Below, piece by piece: positions 59,481 through 64,000 of a DNA stretch of 64,000 nt. Position 1 is the stretch's first letter, and each line of letters opens with the position of its first letter. The stretch lies in IMG/VR virus record IMGVR_UViG_3300036770_003016; one strand, 5' to 3'. This DNA is from a virus. The notes beneath the pieces were generated by a model. The model was given only the letters and a program-made list of their open reading frames with translations. It was not told the DNA's origin and made no database searches. A program made the position numbers and the translations under genes.

Positions 59481-60254
59481 ATGTCATTTTCACCAAATTT
59501 ATTTTTATCTAACTTAAATGCAAAAGACGGTTTGGCAAAACCAAATCGTTTTGAAGTTATTTTGCCAATACCACAGTACATCAATAACTTTATTGGCAAT
59601 TCGTTCATCGAAAAAATATTAAATTTACCAAATACAATTATAGCAGATGTTACTGATATTATAAGAAGAACATCTACAGATCAACAGTCAAGAAGTGACA
59701 ATCCTTCAATGACTCGTTACTTATCTTTGCAATGTGAAGCAGCAGAGTTACCAGGAAAAAGTTTAATCACACAAGATGTCAAAATATATGGCCCAACTTT
59801 TAAAGTTCCATATCAGACACAATATCAAGATACAAGTTTAACATTCCTTTGCACAAATGAATTCTATGAAAGAAAATTATTTGAAAAGTGGACTGAATCT
59901 ATCATGCCAACTGACACAAATAATCTCAGATATGCAAAAGGAAACGATACAAGATATCTAACAAATATAAAGATCATACAGTATGATGAATTCATTCGTC
60001 AAATATACATTGTTGAATTGCTAGATGCATTTCCTATTTCTATAGGCAATCAAGCTTTGTCTTGGAGTGATGATAACTTTCATAGACTGACTGTACAATT
60101 TGCATATCAAAAATACCGTGTTGTGTATGCTGGTAATTATGATCTAGTTCAAGCTGCAACAAGTTTATTTGGTTCAAAATTAACATCGTTTACTGAAAAA
60201 TTTTCTTCTGCAATTTCAAAACCTGTGGGATCAATATTTGACTTAGTAACATAA
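59481..60254 (+). CDS. gp54: Baseplate tail-tube initiator (gp19-family), gp54-like
   Basis: GLA.PNRFEV, L.CE.AELPG, F..W, L..AFP..I, L.V.FAY. Confidence 0.7.
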   Translation: MSFSPNLFLSNLNAKDGLAKPNRFEVILPIPQYINNFIGNSFIEKILNLPNTIIADVTDIIRRTSTDQQSRSDNPSMTRYLSLQCEAAELPGKSLITQDVKIYGPTFKVPYQTQYQDTSLTFLCTNEFYERKLFEKWTESIMPTDTNNLRYAKGNDTRYLTNIKIIQYDEFIRQIYIVELLDAFPISIGNQALSWSDDNFHRLTVQFAYQKYRVVYAGNYDLVQAATSLFGSKLTSFTEKFSSAISKPVGSIFDLVT

Positions 60255-60269
60255 CAATGGAGATATAAG

Positions 60270-60989
60270 ATGGCTTTACCTAAAATTGATGTGCCAATTC
60301 ATACGATAGATTTACCTTTAACTAAAAAGAAAATTCGTTATCGTCCGTTTTTAGTAAAAGAAGAAAAGATTCTTCTTATGGCAATGGAATCGCAAGATGA
60401 GAATACAATTTTTGATTCAATAAAACAAATAGTAAATAACTGTTCGTTAGATGAATTAGATGTTGATGATTTGCCAATAACAGATTTAGAATATTTCTTT
60501 TTACATCTAAGAGCTAGATCGGTTAGTGAAGTTGTTGATTTACAATATAAGTGCAACAACAAAATTAAAGAACAAGATTGTGGTAACATTGTAAAAGTTA
60601 AAGTAAACATATTAGAAATAAAACCAGAGTTTCAAAAAGACCATAGTACGAAAATACAAATAACAGATGAACTTGGTTTAATTATGAAGTATCCAAGTTT
60701 AAAAGTTATTCAAAACATAAAATCTGAAAATGAAGTAGATAGACTCATGGAAATTATTTTGAAATGTATAGATGCAATCTATGATAAGAACTCAATGTAT
60801 TATACTAAAGATGTGAGTGAAGAAGAATTAAAAGATTTCGTTGAGGGACTAACGCAACAACAATTTGTAAAGATACAGAAGTTTTTTGAGTCTGTTCCCA
60901 AGATGAAAAAGAATTTAAGCTTCAAATGTAATAAATGTGGGTATGAAGATACTGTTCTCGTAGAAGGTATACAAAATTTTTTCGAATAA
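60270..60989 (+). CDS. gp26: Baseplate hub assembly protein
   Basis: MALPK...P...L....YRPFLVKEEK.LL.A, D.EY.F..LRA.SV.E, KYP, C.KCG, EG.Q.FF. Confidence 0.92.
   Translation: MALPKIDVPIHTIDLPLTKKKIRYRPFLVKEEKILLMAMESQDENTIFDSIKQIVNNCSLDELDVDDLPITDLEYFFLHLRARSVSEVVDLQYKCNNKIKEQDCGNIVKVKVNILEIKPEFQKDHSTKIQITDELGLIMKYPSLKVIQNIKSENEVDRLMEIILKCIDAIYDKNSMYYTKDVSEEELKDFVEGLTQQQFVKIQKFFESVPKMKKNLSFKCNKCGYEDTVLVEGIQNFFE
60977..60983 (+). promoter_or_regulatory. Candidate -1 ribosomal frameshift heptamer T TTT TTC
   Basis: X XXY YYZ heptamer in the gp26 frame, one sense codon before its stop; -1 frame open to 61180. Confidence 0.7.
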
Positions 60990-61039
60990 CTTTTTGTCAT
61001 GATAATTTAAAAAACCACTATGAAACTAACTTCGCACTC

Positions 61040-61180
61040 ATGCAACATCACAAGTATAGTTTGGCAGAATTGGATAATTTGCTGCCGTGGGAAAAATCAA
61101 TTTATATAACACTACTGATGAATCACATTGAAGAAGAAAATGAAAAGATCAAACAACTAAACGCTAATAAAAAGAGATAA
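61040..61180 (+). CDS. gp51: gp51-like baseplate hub assembly protein (46 aa from ATG; absent from ORF track; probably the frameshift extension of gp26)
   Basis: Translates MQHHKYSLAELDNLLPWEKSIYITLLMNHIEEENEKIKQLNANKKR, like the short cyanophage gp51; frame open back to the slippery site; no SD. Confidence 0.8.
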   Translation: MQHHKYSLAELDNLLPWEKSIYITLLMNHIEEENEKIKQLNANKKR

Positions 61181-61183
61181 TAA

Positions 61184-63007
61184 ATGGCATTTGCAGACGT
61201 TATTAGAAAACAGAGAAGTGGTGGAAAGGGAGTCTTTGGTTCTCTCTCTAGTGCAGCAACAGAATCACTAAAAGAAAAAATGGATCCAAGAAATCTATTG
61301 GATCAAAAAGGTGTTCTGACTGCTCTGTTTCCAGGTCTAAAAAGTTATAAGACTAAACAAGTAGAAAGAAGTAGTAGGAGAATAGCTACTGGTCCAAGTT
61401 TAGTTTCTGTAAATAATGACACTCTAAATGCCATGAATGAGAAGTTAGATTTTATTGGCAAAAATACAATGTCATTACCAATAATGATGCGTGACATTAA
61501 TGTCATGCGTCAGAGTATGATTAAATTAGTTAAGTTACAAGGTGGGGAACAAAAAGATAGTGCTGATAAATTCTTTAAGACTTCTGCTGAACAAGAAAAA
61601 CTGTATGAGAATACATTAAAATCGAAAAAGGGGTCTACAGCACCAACAAAAGTTGGTGGAGAAGTTAAGACAAGTTCTATGGGTAATCTTGCATTAATGG
61701 CAACAGTATTTTTAGGTGTTCTTGGTGCTTATTTTACGAGTTCAGAATTTAAAGAGAAAGTCGATAACTTAATTGGTGGTTTAGTCAAGTCTGTTTTTGG
61801 AGAAACAACTTTTTCTGATTTAGTAACTGGTGTTACTGCTGCTATTGGAGCTTTAGCAGTATTGAAATTAACATTTATGGCTTTTGATACATTTATGAAA
61901 GGAATGATGACTCGACTTGGTACTAAAATATTTGGTCCTGGAGCTCCAGTACCAACACCAGGTGATGTTCCAGATGTTGATAAAGATAAAGCAAAGGGTA
62001 AAGGAAAATCCAAATATGGGACTATACAAGATAGACCAAAAGGCAATTTAGATAAAGCAAAAGAACTTGCAAGTAAAGCTAGAGGCGCAATGAACGCTAC
62101 TAATTTTGCAAGAATGGGCGCCCTTGGTCTTCTTGTTGGTGAAGCATATATGTTATATAAATTGATTGAGAGTGATTCACATGAAACGCCAAGTCAGGCA
62201 GATGTAGAGGAGGGTGTTGATGGTGGTTGGACACCAGAACAAGGGTTTACTGCTGACGGCGGTCCTGTTGATACAGATAAGATAAAGGGATTACCAAATG
62301 TACCAAACTATGTTGATCCAAGTGGAGCTAAAGCAGAACAAAATAGATTGAGCAATTATAAACCTTCAAGAGTTAGTAATAATGAACTTTTAGAAATGAT
62401 TGGAAAAGCTGAAGGTGGTGCCATGGGGTATGATGCCATCAATAAAGGCAAAGCAGGTGATACCCCAGAAGGTTTGCCTGGGTTATCAAACATGACTGTT
62501 GGACAAGTAATGCAACTTCAGAAAGACAAAAAAGTATTTGCTGCTGGTAAATATCAAATAATACCTACAACACTAAAAGGATTAGTTGATAGTGGTATCG
62601 TTAAGATTGAAGATAAATTTGATTCTGCTACACAAGACAAACTTGCAAATGAACTAATACAAAGACGATTGAATAGAGCTGGGTCTGATCCAATACAACA
62701 ACAATTAGAATTGTCTAAAGAATTTGCTTCAATAGCCAATCCACATACCGGCAGTTCATATTATGATGGAAAGGGAAATAACAAAGCAAGTATTGCTAGT
62801 ATTTTCACAAGAACTCCTGGTTCTACAATTGCAGCATCATCTGTCGCTGTTGCTGATGGTAAAATGGCTTCATCTATGCCACCTGTTGTTATCAATTCAC
62901 CACAAACAGTAAACAACATGGCTCAATCTGGTTCAAGTAATATTATTACTGCAAGTGTACTAGATGAAGAATTTGCTAGACTTCTTTTCGAAAGAGCAGT
63001 AATTTAA
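61184..63007 (+). CDS. Tape measure / hub protein (gp29-like) with C-terminal lysozyme-like domain
   Basis: 607 aa with hydrophobic helical segments; I.KAEG...GYD, MT..QV...Q, AAGKYQ.IP.TL, F....QD.LA, L..E.AS muramidase-like motifs; follows gp26/gp51. Confidence 0.7.
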   Translation: MAFADVIRKQRSGGKGVFGSLSSAATESLKEKMDPRNLLDQKGVLTALFPGLKSYKTKQVERSSRRIATGPSLVSVNNDTLNAMNEKLDFIGKNTMSLPIMMRDINVMRQSMIKLVKLQGGEQKDSADKFFKTSAEQEKLYENTLKSKKGSTAPTKVGGEVKTSSMGNLALMATVFLGVLGAYFTSSEFKEKVDNLIGGLVKSVFGETTFSDLVTGVTAAIGALAVLKLTFMAFDTFMKGMMTRLGTKIFGPGAPVPTPGDVPDVDKDKAKGKGKSKYGTIQDRPKGNLDKAKELASKARGAMNATNFARMGALGLLVGEAYMLYKLIESDSHETPSQADVEEGVDGGWTPEQGFTADGGPVDTDKIKGLPNVPNYVDPSGAKAEQNRLSNYKPSRVSNNELLEMIGKAEGGAMGYDAINKGKAGDTPEGLPGLSNMTVGQVMQLQKDKKVFAAGKYQIIPTTLKGLVDSGIVKIEDKFDSATQDKLANELIQRRLNRAGSDPIQQQLELSKEFASIANPHTGSSYYDGKGNNKASIASIFTRTPGSTIAASSVAVADGKMASSMPPVVINSPQTVNNMAQSGSSNIITASVLDEEFARLLFERAVI

Positions 63008-63010
63008 AAT

Positions 63011-63034
63011 AAAAAACCCCGCCGAAGCGGGGTT
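63011..63034 (-). terminator. Rho-independent terminator for gp32 with C(UUCG)G tetraloop
   Basis: AACCCCGC-UUCG-GCGGGGUU followed by U-tract, between convergent genes. Confidence 0.9.
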
Positions 63035-63052
63035 GCATGGGAACGAATCTGT

Positions 63053-63943
63053 TTAATCAGACTCGGCAAGGGACTTGAAGTAATCCAAATCTTCATCATC
63101 TGCAATAGATGTTTTCTTATTCAGAATTTCCTCATCATCAAACTTTGTAACAATCTCATCGTCAGCCTTAGATTTGATTGGTGCAGCACCACCTTCAAAA
63201 CCAAGAACTTTGTCTAAACGACCTTTGAGTTGATCATAAGACTTGAATTGTTTCTTCTCAGTAAACTCTTTGAGAGAGAATTCTGATTTCCAAAGTTTCT
63301 CAAGCTTCTCGTCATCACCATTGAAGAGTGCCTCTGCACTATCAAATTCTGATTTATCGTAATTGCGATAACCTTCTACATTACGAATCTTGAGTTTGAA
63401 GTTTGCACCTTCCCAGAAGTCAAACGGATTGATTGGCTTCTCATCTTCGAATTCTGGGTTCATTGCCTCAGAAAGTTTATCGAAAATCTTCTTGCCAAAC
63501 TTAAACAGTTTAACTTGACCTTCGTTTTCTGGATTCTTGGGATCAGAAACAACAAGAATATTTGCAATATAACTTAGTTTGCGTTTCTGTTTACGAGCAA
63601 TATCTTTGTTTGCTTCAATACCAGAATTCCATAGAACGGAATTGTGTTCGCAAACAGGACATTTTTCATTGATTGTTGTGAGACAGTTATCAATCAACCA
63701 ACCACCAGGTCCTTGAAACCCGTGATTGAAGATTCGTACCCAGGGTAGAGCATCATCACCATCTGCTGCGGGTGCGGGGAGAAAACGAATGATAGCCATT
63801 CCGTTACCAGATTTATCTACTTCTGGTGCCCAGAACCTTGTATCGTCTTTGGAGTTTTCTGTTGATTGGGTTGTGGCTTCGATAGCCTTTGTGAGTTTCT
63901 CAAAAGAGTTTTTATTTCGTTTGAGATTTGCAAAACTAGACAT
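63053..63943 (-). CDS. gp32: Single-stranded DNA-binding protein (start revised to MSSFANLK at 63943)
   Basis: D.RFW, GNG.A.IRFLP, HGFQGPGGW...NC.TT....CPVCE, GKKIFDK, GANFKLKI, NYD.SEF, acidic tail; AAAGGA SD. Confidence 0.97.
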   Translation of the reverse strand: MSSFANLKRNKNSFEKLTKAIEATTQSTENSKDDTRFWAPEVDKSGNGMAIIRFLPAPAADGDDALPWVRIFNHGFQGPGGWLIDNCLTTINEKCPVCEHNSVLWNSGIEANKDIARKQKRKLSYIANILVVSDPKNPENEGQVKLFKFGKKIFDKLSEAMNPEFEDEKPINPFDFWEGANFKLKIRNVEGYRNYDKSEFDSAEALFNGDDEKLEKLWKSEFSLKEFTEKKQFKSYDQLKGRLDKVLGFEGGAAPIKSKADDEIVTKFDDEEILNKKTSIADDEDLDYFKSLAESD

Positions 63944-64000
63944 AGTATTTCCTTTCGTATAAACGGAGTATAAACGGTATATTAACGACTTATCCACATA

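Noticed and set aside
2363-63997. Longest-ORF starts at 2437, 4455, 58458, 58362 and 63997
   Set aside because: They overlap neighbours or precede the SD/promoter; downstream ATGs (2362, 4440, 58368, 58401, 63943) fit the family N-termini and signals better
1-64000. Stop-codon reassignment or tRNA genes
   Set aside because: Conserved genes are full length under the standard code with TAA, TGA and TAG all used as stops; intergenic gaps are too short and no cloverleaf was seen

Overview
AT-rich 64-kb segment of a T4-like (Tevenvirinae/cyanophage-type) myovirus genome, almost entirely late morphogenesis genes in the standard genetic code. Minus strand 1-58368, listed by increasing coordinate (transcription runs the other way): gp22 start, gp21, prohead core genes (gp68-like, gp67-like), portal gp20, a free-standing Seg-like endonuclease, gp19, gp18, gp17, gp16, a gp9/gp10-like fibre, gp15/14/13, then a ~21-kb accessory island, a 1997-aa VrlC/DUF4815-like protein, gp8, a second fibre module, gp7-like, gp6, gp25, a split gp5, gp27-like, gp53 and gp48. 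The island holds a nucleotidyltransferase-cupin, a two-domain glycosyltransferase, four Kelch-like propeller genes, a delta-60 propeller, a Gly-X-Ser fibre and many small adaptors. Plus strand: gp4, gp2, gp54-like, gp26, gp51-like and a gp29-like tape measure/hub with a muramidase domain; gp32 converges from the right. Strongest observations: (1) a T TTT TTC slippery site that would fuse gp26 to an unannotated gp51-like ORF by -1 frameshift just upstream of the tape-measure-like gene, the lambda G/GT architecture; (2) about 24 propeller blades in four genes with nucleotide-homogenised frameworks and hypervariable loops, a candidate RT-independent receptor-diversification system; (3) a recurring plug-and-socket code of terminal peptides suggesting daisy-chained, branched fibres; (4) Pro-poor (Gly-X-Ser)n fibres in the same late gene cluster as a sugar-activation/glycosyltransferase module; (5) gp5 split near the T4 maturation cleavage point with an HxH spike tip. 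All family assignments come from motif recognition and synteny, not database searches.
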